From assembly GCA_002189035.1 (NCBI GenBank), contig NEEC01000015.1, forward strand, positions 930,001 through 994,000: a stretch of 64,000 nt of DNA. The letters run 5' to 3'. This document shows positions 11,952-25,000 of the stretch, piece by piece (the first letter of the stretch is position 1; each line of letters starts with the position of its first letter). Below the pieces are notes generated by a model. It had not been told where the DNA came from, ran no database searches, and saw only the letters and a list, made by a program, of their open reading frames with translations. A program made the translations under genes and the position numbers. This stretch comes from Utricularia gibba. Lineage: Eukaryota; Plantae; Magnoliophyta.

Positions 11952-12586
11952 TTAGGCAGAACTAGTCTTCTTCTGCTGATGGAAGACTGCGAAAAGGGGA
12001 CTGCAACGCCAATGCTGAAGGCGCCGGCAACACTAAGAGTCATCTTCAGTGCCTGATGTTTCATTCGGTCGAGATTATACATGTGCTTAGCGTGAAGGTA
12101 GAAAGGCTCATCATGTCCATGCCCACCTCCCATTCTCTTCAAGCCAGTTGAATGAATCCCCCTAACAACTATTCCAAAAAATGGAAATTTATGCCCGAAA
12201 CATCGTCATCTCCCTAGAAACGCTTATGCAAAGAAGAATAATTGAATTGAAGCAATAAAAATCGATACTTTCAACAACCACCGAAGGCACACAGAAAACA
12301 GAAATGCGATTGAAAATAACCGAAACCTAAATGTGAAATTTTCGCCATAGCAATGGAACGATCGCAAAATTCAGGATCCATGGAAATCAAAAAATTAGGA
12401 AATCACAGATACCCACATGGAAAAGCACATCAGCGAAATAAGAAACTAGGAATCGAACCAAGAAATAAAAAATAATACTTCTGACAAAGAAAAAAAAAGG
12501 ACATGGAGATAAAGAACACCTGATTTCGACACAGTTTCTGGGAATAGGATCATCCCCTTGGACTTCAGCGCATTCATCATCGCCAT
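11952..12586 (-). CDS. Small mitochondrial membrane protein (At1g72020-like, reported as a putative plant complex IV-associated 'COX-X3'), 2 exons: 12586-12520, 12161-11952
   Basis: MAMMNALKSKG...RGIHSTGLKRMGGGHGHDEPFYLHAKHMYNLDRMKH...AFSIGVAVP(L)FAVFHQQKKTSSA* after repairing two 1-nt deletions. Family assignment is from memory. Confidence 0.8.
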
Positions 12587-12697
12587 TTTTCAGGATCCAA
12601 ACCACCAGAAGAGAAAACGATGCCACCAAATTGAGGGATGCTACAGCCGTAATATCGCAGCTCGGAATTCCGTCGTTTATGGGCAGATTTGAAATAC

Positions 12698-12756
12698 TGG
12701 GCCGATTACTTTAATGGGCTGATTTTATATGGGCCTCATTTAATATTACTTGGGCC
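12698..12756. promoter_or_regulatory. Site II (TGGGCY) cluster in the 350-bp divergent promoter between the mitochondrial protein gene and FANCM
   Basis: TGGGCC at 12698, 12730 and 12751; TGGGCT at 12715. Head-to-head ATGs at 12586 and 12936. Confidence 0.65.
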
Positions 12757-12935
12757 TTCTAGGCTGGCCTTTTTATCAAGAGATAATTACGTAGATATTT
12801 CCTATAATTGCCCCATAACCCCTCTTCTTATCAAAATTGGCACATTTTGAAGTTGCCGCTCTTTTTCTCTGTATTCGTCTATGCGCCTAACGACACTCTG
12901 CTCCATTTTAACTTATCAAATTCCCCAGATTGTTT

Positions 12936-15900
12936 ATGGGCAGCGCTTCCATGATTTCCAGTGCCCCTTCTGAGCTTTTCGCCGACGATGAAGATGTGAA
13001 TCAGGCTTCCCCTTGATTGCTTACTTCAAGCAGTTCTACCATATATGACTATTTCATCACTAATGTTTTTTTTTTGTTGGGTTATGTGCAGAGTTTTGAT
13101 TGGGAAGCGGCATTACCGGAAATCGATGAAGTGTGCTCGAGCGCCGCAGAGAAAAAGAGTTTTGATCAAGCAGGGGTTTCGTCGGAGAAGTCGAACCCAG
13201 ATGTTAGAAAAAGGGAGTCTTTGAAAGGGTCAACGGAAAATAGTCAATATTTAGAGGAGAATAGTGCCTGTTCTTCTGAGCCTGTGGTTGGGAATATGGA
13301 AATCGATAATCAGTTAATCAAAATTGATTCAGAAGCTGCGAAGCAGTGGATATACCCAGGTTCTGCTTTGTTTTTAGTTTGTTCTCGTGTTTCTGTAAAT
13401 GATAATACTGACTATGAAGTATAAACGGGTATTTGCAGTCAATTTCCCTCGCCGAGATTATCAGTTCTCAATCACAAAAACCTCTCTGTTTTCTAATACC
13501 CTTGTTGTGTTACCAACGGGGCTTGGAAAAACTCTCATTGCTGCAGTTGTCATGTATAACTATTTCAGATGGTTTCCTGAGGGTAAGGATATAATGTGAT
13601 GCAGCGCATTGCTGATCAAAACTAGTTGCTTATTAAGTTTAACCAGTATTGTTTCATAGTTGTAGAATCAACCTGTGTTTTTTTTTGTAGGAAAAATTGT
13701 TTTTTGCTGCTCCTTCTCGACCTTTAGTACTGCAGCAAATCGAAGCTTGCCACAAAGTTGTTGGGATTCCTCAAGTAAGAGAATGACTTCATTTTCTGTC
13801 AGTGTATTTGCTATAAATCTCTATTTATTCCGAAGAGTTTGGTTGGCTGCTTCATTTTAGGAGTGGACTATTGACCTAACAGGTCAGACAAATCCTACGA
13901 GAAGAGCAGAATTTTGGAAAAATAAAAGAGTGTTCTTTGTTACTCCTCAAGTCTTGGAGAGAGATATACGCTCAGGTTCGTTTCTCTGGAATTGGGTCAT
14001 ATTTTAAATCGATTAATCAATTTTTTGTCTTCGTGAATGTGTTTTGAGATGTCCTTTTCTTCTATTCTTTTGAGTGACTTCTGTTGTTTTTTGTTTTTAA
14101 ATACATGGAGCATTTCGTAGTGATAGGATTTGCCTCACATTGTTGTAGGATCATGCGTGGTAACGCAATTGGTGTGCTTGGTAATCGATGAGGCACATCG
14201 TGCTATGGGAAACTACTCGTACTGTGCTGTTGTCCGTGAGGTTTTTGGACTTTCTTGTCTCTTTCTTCTTCTATGCATTTATATTGAGAAATGTTACTTC
14301 ATTAAGGCTCTCAAAATATTCAAAGAATCCGAAATCTGAGATGATGTATCAAATTATGCATAAACACTCTTGCATGCAGCGTTAATAGTATGATCAAATT
14401 TTGTGTGTGTTAAGTTTTCAGTGTGGGCTAATGCTGGCTTGTTAATGTTTCAAGTAGGTGCTCAAGTTAATCTTCCTGTGTGTTTTCTTGCCACTTAACA
14501 CCACCTTTCGATATTTCAGTTGATGGATGCTCATGTTCAGCTAAGAATATTAGCGTTGAGTGCAACTCCAGGATGTGAGTACTCTTTGGCATGCCTTGGA
14601 TGGTACAGTGGCTTCACACTCCATTATGCTTAAAAATGATTGTTGTTGTTGAATTCAGATAAAAAGCAGACAATTCAGAGTGTAATTGATAATCTTCAAA
14701 TTTCTTCACTTGAACATCGGACAGAAAGCGATCCTGATGTACTTCCGTATGTGCACGAAAGAAAGATAGACTTAATTGAGGTATTTTTAGCTTAACATAC
14801 ATAGCAGGCACCCTTCATATTGTGGATGAAATTCCAATGATTTTTTAGGTTGCTATGGGCAATGCTGCCATGGAAATAAACAAACTTTTCTTGGAGTTGG
14901 TGCGTCCATTTGTAGCCCGACTTTCTGCTCTTGGAGTGTTATGCAGCAGGGATCTTGAAACAGTATGTCCTGTGCATTCTTTTATTTATTAATGGTTTCT
15001 TCTCAGTTGCAGGCTTCTCATTTTTTGTTTTTTTTTCTGTATCTTGCCTGTGACGTGCCTGTTATATAATTTCAATCATATGCTGCGTCTTCTACTTGGA
15101 AAAATTGTTATTTCTCTAAAAACTAGTATGAATCTAGTGTCGCTGTTCCATCTTACAGTTGAGCCCGTGCCATTTACTTAATTCAAGGGACAAGTTCCGT
15201 CAGGAGCGACCTCTTCCACATGCCAACTATGGAGAAATCGAAGGTTACTTTGGAGTTCTCATAACACTTTATCACATCCGGAAGCTACTTTCTAGCCATG
15301 GAATACAGCCTGCTTTTGAGATGCTGGATGAAAAACTTAAACAGGGGTATGCGCCACTTGATACTTACAAATATATCATTCATAAATTTCCCATCAAGTC
15401 TTCTTTAAGATACATAGTTTAAGTCATTGAAATTTTATCATTGAAGATCCTGCATTTTTATTTTGAATGATTCAAAAAATTTAGGATGAATGTACACTAC
15501 CTTCTCTATTTTTTCCAGTTCTTTTGCCCGGTTTGTCAGCAGAAATGAAGTTCTTTTGAAGGCAAAGCATTTGATGGAACAAACTGTTTCAACTGGTACC
15601 CCAAGTCCAAAGTTATCAAAACTACTGGAAGTCCTGACTGATCATTTCAGTATGTGCCATTACCACAGTTATTATGGCACGAATTAAACTGTTGCTCAGG
15701 CATAGTTTTTGCTTGGGGTAGATTTTGTACCGTGTTATGCAGAGGAAAATTGAACTTAAGTTAATGTGACCCGTCAAATTTAGAAGAATCAAATGATGAG
15801 TTGTGATTGTTATTACTGCTCATGAGGACTTTATCAGGTTTATAACTTTGTTGCAGAAAGAAAAGATCTGCTGAATTCCAGAGTAATAATATTTTCGAAT

Positions 15901-18900
15901 TTTAGGGGTAGTGTCAGGTGACGCTTGTTTTTTGGTTGTATTTATGTTAAATCATTGGTCTATTGGCTATTCTAATTGTGACAATGCAATATCAGGGAGA
16001 TACTAAATGCATTGAAAAGCATTGGGGACTTTGTCAAAGCTACAGAATTTATCGGACAAAGCTCAGGTGCCAAGCCAATCGTTCTTCTTCCTCTTTAGTT
16101 TCCTGATGACGATTTTCTAGCTCTGCAAGTTACCTTTTTTTTTTTTTTTTAACTTTAGAGTGTCTTCATTATCCAGGAAAAATAATGAAGGGACAATCGC
16201 AGAAGGCCCAACAGGCAGTGTTGGAGGTTGTATTCTTTTCTTCATACACTTCAAACCTTCTTTGGTTGTTTATTCCCTTGTCCCTGCAGAAATTTCGAGC
16301 GGGTGGCTACAATGTTATTGTTGCTACATCAATCGGCGAAGAAGGTCTAGATATCATGGAAGTTGATCTTGTTGTATGTTTTGATGCTAATGTCTCGCCT
16401 TTGCGAATGATTCAGCGAATGGGAAGAACTGGGAGGCAACATGAAGGACGAGTTGATATCCTTCTTGCATTGCTTCTTATCTATGAAATTTTTACCGTTC
16501 GAAAAATGCAAGATCATTTAGTATATAGTGCATTTTTCTAGCAGACTTCCTTAAGATACTTCCACTAGTTCTGGCATGCGAGGGACCTGAGTTGAGGGGT
16601 TACATACGCAAGCAGAAAAATAGCAAGGGTATCAAGAAGCACCTGAACAATGGTGGAATCAAAAGCTTTAACTTCCATCCCAGTCCAAGGATGGTATTTA
16701 TGCAGAAAAATGGTTTCTTTTGGGCACCCATTATTATCAGTGCTTCAGCTATTTGGTTGCGCATTTTCAGGTTCCCCATATATTCACACCAGAAGTGCAA
16801 TTTCTCGAGATGTCGATTAAAAAGTTTGTTCATCACCGAAAGAAACTGAAAGATGATTGCAAAAATTCATTAAATGATGGAGCTATGAAGTTGACAAATG
16901 CTGAGGCTTTGAAACTTGCCAAGTATTTTCCTTCCGCGGGAGGAAGTTCCTGGAGACCGTCACTTATTGTATTTCCTCAGTTCCAGGAGTTTCCCTCCCC
17001 AGTGTACAAGGTGTTCCATTCATCTAGATCAGGGATTTTGGTAGATGTGATGAAGCCTTGCATGCTGCAAAATTTCAACGGCACAACAAAACTCCTCCAG
17101 TTGAGGTTTGTTTCATCGCAACTCCTTATTCAGTGATAACTTCATTCGATACCCAATGGTGCTATTCATTATCTTGATCAGGATGTGTGTGCATCTGAGT
17201 CTCGCCTGAAGGATGTAGTGGCATTCGATGATGAAGCAGTGGAAGGTAACATCGTGCTTGTTTTGATAATTTGCATGGATATAGAACAACCAATAGTAGC
17301 CTGTGTAATGATCCTGGTTTAAGTACGTTATGAGATTGAAAGTATAAGGGAATAGCAATAAACTATTGACCACAGAAAGCAAGCACGAATATATTAGCTT
17401 GGGATGTTCACCTTATTGCTGATGAAACCATGAAAATTTTCTCAAGCTTCTATTGCAGGTTCTGAGAATCCTGCTGATGCTGTTGAAGAGTTTCCTGTGA
17501 ACCATGAAGATGGCCAAAAAGGACCTTCTCCAGCGTGCTTTTCTCCCAATGAGGAGTTCTACAGCAGCCCAAACTCAAACAGAATGGCTAGCACGGATAA
17601 TCTACTAGAGGCTGAGCTCAGTCCTCGATTGATTAGTCTTATACAAAGTGGGACTGTCCCAGAGTCTCCTTTAAATGCTCCCGGTCCGTAGTTAAAATTT
17701 GAACTCTGTTATTCATTATACTTCATCCTATACTGTTTCTTGTATCACTGAGATTTTGAAGTACAGGTTCAGGCATGTGCAAGTCCCATTCTCCTTTGGC
17801 TACGTCCTCCCCATCCTTGCAGAGGAACCTCTTCATGGAACCTTTTGAAAACGGTGAAGAGGCACCACAGAATGTCCAGTTGAGCGTTTCAGACAGTGAC
17901 GACAACGCCTTGGCCTCCCTCCTATTCCAGTTGAGAAGCAGTTGAAGTACAGAAGGCTGCGTAAATTGGGGGATATCAAACAGAAGCAACACAACTCCAA
18001 GCGAAACCACAAAACTGCAGATGCTTCTCCAAATAACTTCCTTGTTAAAGGTGGAGTGATTGATGCTTATCTGGAATATGTTGTGTAGACTGCGTGTTGA
18101 TGTTTCTTGTTTCATTCTTTTAGGGCTTTCGGTTGAGAAGTGTCAACGTCTACGACGTGCCTCTGTGTACATTGAAGAGGAAGCAGAGTAAGTCCTCTTT
18201 ATCTTCTTTCTAAATGATCCTTCTCCCAAAACCTAATACTGTATTTTGAGTTAAGGGTATCACCAAATGCCGTTGATTCAAGCGGGGAGGAAGATGACAG
18301 TAGTTTATATGAGGACAGTTTCATAGATGATGGTGCAAATCCTGCAGCATCAGCCAGTACACAAGCAGGGGCCAATGAGTTTAATATGATGGCAATTTAT
18401 AGGTTTATTCTTCCCTACAACAGCCCCTAGATGCCATCATCTTCTTCCTGCTCATCTCCATTTCTGCTTTCATTTCAGGCAATCATTGCTGAGCCAATCT
18501 TTGTTCCGAAAGCCGGTGTCGACTATGAAGTCCAGTCCATCTTCTGGAATGAACTCATCATCAGGGAAGAATGTAGATAGTGATGATATGCATCAAACTG
18601 CGACTGGTTTAGAAGATTCGACTGGTAGAAACTACAGAACATCAGAGAGCAGAAAGAGAAAATTCACCTTCCACGAAGATGAAGCAGAAGCAATTCCCAA
18701 GATCAATTTGGACAAGAAGTTTTCATTAACTAATGAAAACAGAGGCGTTCTTGAAGATGATTCACTTTTTGATGGTATAGATCTCGATGCTGTTGAAAGG
18801 GAAGCAACCAGGATAATCCAACAAAAATTAGAGTTTTCCACATCGAAAACCCAACCTGGTGAAGACAGGGGAGGGATGTTGTCGTGCCCATCTTTTGATC

Positions 18901-18911
18901 TTGGAGTTTGA
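12936..18911 (+). CDS. FANCM: FANCM DEAH-box helicase/translocase (meiotic anti-crossover factor), about 23 exons
   Basis: [21 protein letters not shown] (motif I), LVIDEAHRA (motif II), [28 protein letters not shown] (motif VI), C-terminal [11 protein letters not shown]...CPSFDLGV*. Includes an AT-AC intron at 16456-16565 and a +1 frameshift at 13700-13705. Confidence 0.95.
16456..16565 (+). other. U12-type (minor spliceosome) AT-AC intron in FANCM
   Basis: Donor ATATCCTT at 16456, branch-like TTCCTTAAG at 16547-16555, acceptor AC at 16564-16565. Removal gives the in-frame sequence GRVVVLACEG. Confidence 0.85.
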
Positions 18912-19151
18912 TTCTTAGATCATAATGCTGAAATCATTAGAGTTGTATTGATGGTAAAGCCACCAAGGGTTTTACTGCACCATTGAAAACTGGCACCACA
19001 AGCTGTACACTGGAAAAAGTGGAAACTACAAGGTTTCAAACTTTGAAGGCAACCTATGAAGCACAATGCACTACGCTACACAGTAACTAAACCTGAAAGG
19101 GGAAGGAACACATGTTAACATGATGTATGGGCTTTGCGGCAAGTGACTCCA

Positions 19152-21363
19152 CTACTGGGGTGGCACGAGGGACATGGCTCGACTGAAATTCAGCTGCTTG
19201 AGAGCAGACTCGGGAGACTTCGAACCAGGCAGCCATAATCTTCCATGATGAGGCAGAAATACGTGGCTATGATTGGAATTCGGGGGATCCTCCTCACCAC
19301 CGTTAACATCAGAATCTTCCTTCTTACTCTTGACAAATTCGAAGAACTCTGCAACTTGACGGGCATATCTTCATATTCACAAGAGGAAATGGCATTGATT
19401 AGCAATTGACAAAGAAAAAAAAATGTATGGAATGAATTGACTCAAAATGTAAGCGTACTCTTGCTTGGCCTGCACATCTCTGCTAAAGTCAACATCTGGC
19501 TCACAATCAAGGACCAGAGCAGGCACCTGCTTCAGAAAAAAAACAAGTGTAAGAAAAATACATGCTCTGGTATTAAGAAATGTGAAAGAGCAAAGCACCT
19601 TTCGAATGCTTGAGTGCAAATGATCGCCATCCAGGTAAAACACCCTATCTTTAATATTGGGGTGCAAGGACCAGTCAATATCATCAGGTAGTTTTCTGAC
19701 AGAGAGTGCCCCATGGTTTCCACTTTGGAAGGGAAAAAGCCAACTTTCATGTTTTTCATGCAAGTCACGTAGATAATCAAGAGAGACTCCGCCTTCTTCT
19801 GACCTTTTGCGTAACATCATTCGCTTGTGGCATGTGTCAGGGGTAGCTCTAAGATAGATGAATCCATCAGGGATAAGACCAGGCAAACTAGAAACAACAG
19901 GATCAAACCACGAGTCATAAATGCTAATCTCCATTTCGTTCATCCATTTCGCCTCATGAACAGCTCTAACAAACACCTGGTTCAAAAAAGAATCGCACAG
20001 CATGTAAGCAACACAAACTCATGCAACTTCATGATGTGCATTTTACACCCTCTTAAACCGAGCAAATTTATTCGCAGTAGTAATAATGCATCCAAATTCT
20101 TAATTTTAAGAAGAAAAAAAAAGGTAATCACCATTCTATCACTGAAGACACTCCTCTCCATAAGCCTGAGGGGTTTAATTCCTCCCGACGATTCCCTCTC
20201 CTGCATAACTCTTGTAACGAAAACATAGTTTTGGAAAGTATAAGCATATCTCTCTGGTTCGGCATAAAAAGCGTTTAAGATATTGAAATGATCAGGGCCA
20301 ACATCCTGCCACTTGTCTATTGGTTCGGGCACAATCTCAACAAGATCTCTGAGTTCCAGTGTTTCATTGGCAATCCTCTTTAAGAATGTTGTCTTTCCAA
20401 CACTGATATTTCCTTCAACACACAGTGTAATCCGCTTCTTTTGACCTTGCCGAGCACCATCCTTCAGCTCCTCATCCACTCTATCCTTAATGAAGGTAGC
20501 AATGCTCTCTGCATGATTTTTGTGTATGATTCCAACAGAGCTCTGCAAGAACTCAACCATTTTCTCATTCGATTTCCCAAAGAACTGAAAATTTGAAGCA
20601 TACAATACTCAGTACAAGAATATCCACAAACTGAATGGTGACTAATGGTAGACGTAAAACAATAGGTAACGCACAAGAAAGAAAAGCGCATAAGCTCGAT
20701 AATGCACAACAGTTCATGACGCCTAAACCAAATGGTACTACACACTGTTCAAAATTTAGGTACCTTGTCCTTGTAGAGTTTTTTCAGCTGGTCAACACCC
20801 TCAATGCCCTTTTCTACCAGTTTTCTCAAATTCTTAGGACCAACTCCAGGAATCGCCAAAAGATCCGGACCCCTAACTACTGCCCCACAATCTCCACTGC
20901 TATTCCTATGCCTCCTGAGTACTCTAGCCTTGACATTCTCCGTTCCATTGCCGCCACCATTGAAGTCATCTGCAGCAGCCACCTCAGCGCCACTCTCACT
21001 CGCATTAGCCACCAAAGAAAACCTACGAGGCCCACAGAAGCTACCGCCTACTCTCGCCACCTTGGAAACTAACCGAGCCCTCAAAGGCACGGCCTCACCG
21101 CCGCTCTCACAAGAGCAAGTACAAGATTTTGCAAAACTAAGACACCGAGCACCAGCAAACAAGGCTTTACCTGGCTGGGGTATCGGCTGAGAATATCGCA
21201 TGTAAGCGGAGGAAGTAGGCATAGTACCTCTAGCTTGAGAAGAGAGAGTGTAAGAAGAAAAGGACAGAAACTTGGAGCAACAGAGTGGTGGAACTAATGA
21301 AGAGTTAACCAACAAAATCGATGTGCCGTAACCCACAGGCCTCTTCGGCAGAAGCTTCTGCAT
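19152..21363 (-). CDS. dNK: Multisubstrate deoxynucleoside kinase with organellar transit peptide and HhH-like segment, 5 exons
   Basis: CVEGNISVGKTTFL (P-loop), EPIDKWQDVG, LMERSVFSDRMVF, YLRATPDTCHKRM, last exon EYARQVAEFFEFVK, stop at 19152. Confidence 0.95.
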
Positions 21364-22096
21364 AACTCCAGCGCATCTCAAGTTGTACGGTTGTCGGCGA
21401 GACGGCGGAGGAAGAGCGAAGCGGCGCAGCAGAAATGATGGTACAAGAAGAAGATGATCTTCGTCAGGGTTTTTGGTTGTGAAGTAGACAAAGAGACAAA
21501 TGGGCGGGTATTTAGTTTTAGGGTTCCGCAATGAATAAATCATTTAATTTAATAAATTCCAACAAATAAATTACGAAATAAATGTATGTGCTATTTGTAT
21601 GCGGGCCCATTGTTTTACCATTTTACTTAAAAATAGTACCTATTTTTTTCAAAATTAAAAATTAAGTTTACATTCTTTTATTAAAAACAAAAAGTAATTT
21701 ACCGAAGCAAATTATTCAATAGGGTCGAAAGAGACAGTTGAAATTTTGGGCGGGAACTGAAATGATTGGCTTCAGCAAAACGCACTCTTTTCTTTCTCCT
21801 AACGAACCAAAAAAAGTGGAAATTCCCAAAAAATAATTAAAAATGAGCCCCAAATCTTTTCATTTTCCCCTACAAGACTCACCACGAACCCTAACCCTAG
21901 TCGCAATCACTTTCCCCAATTCCTGACTCGTGTGTAGCTCCCATATTTTCGCTTTCAATTATCTGGACTATGTAGGGGAGGGGACGGCGAATTGTACCAC
22001 AATTCCATTTTTTCAGATTTTGGTTCGTGAATTGGTTGATTATAGGGTTTTGATATCGGATGGTGGTGGCGCTGTTGAAATTGGGTCTTGCATGCG

Positions 22097-25000
22097 ATGA
22101 ACAGAAGAGGCAGATGCAAGAGGCGGAGGAAATCCGTGGCGGGTGGTAAGGACACCGCCGAAATCAAGAAAACCGATGATGATTGCAGAAGCCCCAATTT
22201 GAAAGAGGATATTGCAGAAAAGTCCCTGGGTTCTCCAGAAATTACGGAAACACCCTCTCCTTCTACAACACCCGTTGATTTATATAGTCAAGCTCGCAAA
22301 ACGCTCGCATTTTGCTCCCCTTATGATTCTGACGACGCTTCTTCAGCTCATGCATTTGTTTCAACTGCTAACAATCTTCCTACCGGGGTGTCGAATTTAT
22401 TGAGCTGGCATGCAGAGAGTAGGAAGAAGAAATTGCATTCTAAGACTGAGAAGAAGTCTTCAGCTTCTACGAAGATTTGCGTTAATAGCATTTGGAAAGA
22501 AACTGAAGAATATTTTCGGGAACTGAACGTCGAGGATGTCGACAGATTGGAAAAACTTTCGGATTTTGGGGTTTCCTGCGATGAGAGCCTGTTGTTGATG
22601 CCCTGTTTGGATGAGGATAAGAAGTTTTTTTATCGTCAGGAAAGGGTTAGCGGAATGCTTGCAAATGACTGTTTGAAGGATATCAATGAATTAATGTTTC
22701 CGCAGAATGGGCATCACGTTGTTGATGGGACTGCTGAGGAAACTAGTGAAATTGATGTCAACCCCAATAATGTCGAACGGCCTAATTGTGAGACCCTTTC
22801 TAATTCTTTTTCTGGGGTAGAGCGGCTTTTAGGATGTAGGAGCAAAATATATTTCTCGTCAGATCGGCCTTCGAAAAAAAGAAAGTTGTCAGGTTCTGAT
22901 ACTGGCTTGGAAAAGCTGCATACAGCACACCCAGTTGAAGGCAAAGAATCTCTGTGTCACTATTGCAGTTATGGTGACGTTGCTGACCCACTGAATTGCC
23001 TGATGAAATGCCACTCGTGTGGAATGTTTGTCCATAAAAGATGCTACGGTGTTCAAGAAAGTGTAGATAGATTTTGGTTATGCTCATGGTGCAAAATGAG
23101 GGATGTTGCTGAAGTAGATGCTGAAGCACAATGTATACTTTGCCCAAAGCAAGGAGGTGCGTTGAAGCCTATAAATCTAGCGGAAGGTTACCAAGAAAAA
23201 GATGAATCTAAGGTGGAGCTTGCTCACTTGTTTTGTTGTCTGTGGTCGGATGAGACATATGTGGAGAATACCAACAATATGGAGCCTGTCATGAATTTGG
23301 GTGAATCAAAGGATACGAGAAAGAAGCCAGTTTGTTCTCTTTGCAAGATTAAGTGTGGTACCTGTGTTCGGTGCAGTACTGGTATGCATAGCATCTTGAT
23401 CATTAATTCAATTTTACATGGAAACATCATATGTGTAAGAGTGTCTTGGTCCTTAAGCCAATTATTTAAAGTATTTTCTTCAATCTGCGAGAAATTCGGA
23501 GATATTGATATCACATATAGGATATGAGTCAAATGTTTGTTTTGATAGTCAAAACCTTAGCACTTAAAATTTCCAAGGCCGTGTCACTGCCACGCATTGC
23601 ATGACAAGCCAGAGTTGGTGTGTGTGGTGAGTGGTGCTCATGGATTTACGTTGTATCCATGAACCCCTCGTATGTTGCTTCTCCAGTACTCATTTGTGGG
23701 TTATGCACAATAGTCCGCCCTGTTACATATAACGTATGAAGTTCAAATTCTTTCTTTTTCACGTCATTCCCTTTATTTTCTGATTTCATAAAATAGGCTG
23801 TTACTATTTTAGGATCTTGTAGAAATTCATTCCATCCTATTTGTGCACGAGAGGCAAGGCACCGCCTGGAAATATGGGGAAAACGTGGATCTGATGAGGT
23901 CTGTTCTGTTGTTGATGATTGAAGTAATGGAGAAACATGCATGATTTGGGAGAGTTTGTTTTATAGCATGTAGTTCTCGATGTCTATGGTTTCTTCATTA
24001 CCTTTCTTTTTCATGTTTTTCACCCTAATACTTATTGTGGATCATATTTAGGTTGAACTCCATGCCTTTTGCTTGAGGCATTCAGGAGTTCAGTGTGATG
24101 ATGACTACGCAGAAACGGGTGATTCTTCTTTAACCAGTGATTGTGTTTCCAATGGCAGTAAGATACATCACATGAAGTTATTTCTTACAGAGTTCTATAA
24201 TTATTTTCTGGTTGACAAGCTGAACGGTAATCTCTATGTAGATGGGGAACATTCAAAAGACATCCAAGGAAATTTGGAATCTCTGCAAGAAAATGGAAAT
24301 GTTTTGGATCCCATCACCAGTAACTGCATAGTAGATAGGCCTGAGACAAAACAATCCGACCCGTGCTGCATTATCAATTTTAACATGATTCTCCGGAAGG
24401 TATTCAATATACTTTATTAGAAAAGATTATCATGGCATACTTTTTTTTCTCCTGAGTGGAGTTTTTTTGTTTGCAGTTGATTGATCTTGGTAGAGTCAAT
24501 GCTGAAATAGTAGCTATTGAGATTGGTGTTGCTCCACATTCATTGACAAAGATACTCACTGTAATATTTATTCACTCTACTCGATACTTCTCAGCATCTT
24601 CATTTCATTGATCATATTTGATGTGCACGTGATGTTGATTGGATTTTTCTTACTCGGATTATCTTATCTCTAACCTATTTGTTCGTAATAGTTAACCAAC
24701 CAGTCTCTTTGGTGTGTACATCCAGGATACTAATCCTAAGATGCAAACCAAAGTGGTGAGGTGGTTGATAAATAATGCTCATTTTGGGAGCTTTCAGAAA
24801 ACTCTAAAACAAAAGATTCAATCACTTTTGGCTGCGAAAGACAACTCAGGGGCTGCTGAAGGTGTTTCTACTATATCAGAGGCAGATTCTAGTTATTCTC
24901 GTGCTGTTCCTGTTAAACATATTGCGTCTTGTAAAAGAAATATCGGCAGCTTGCGGTCTATGAAAAATGATTTAAAAGGCCCCTCTAAGGACAGTATTAA

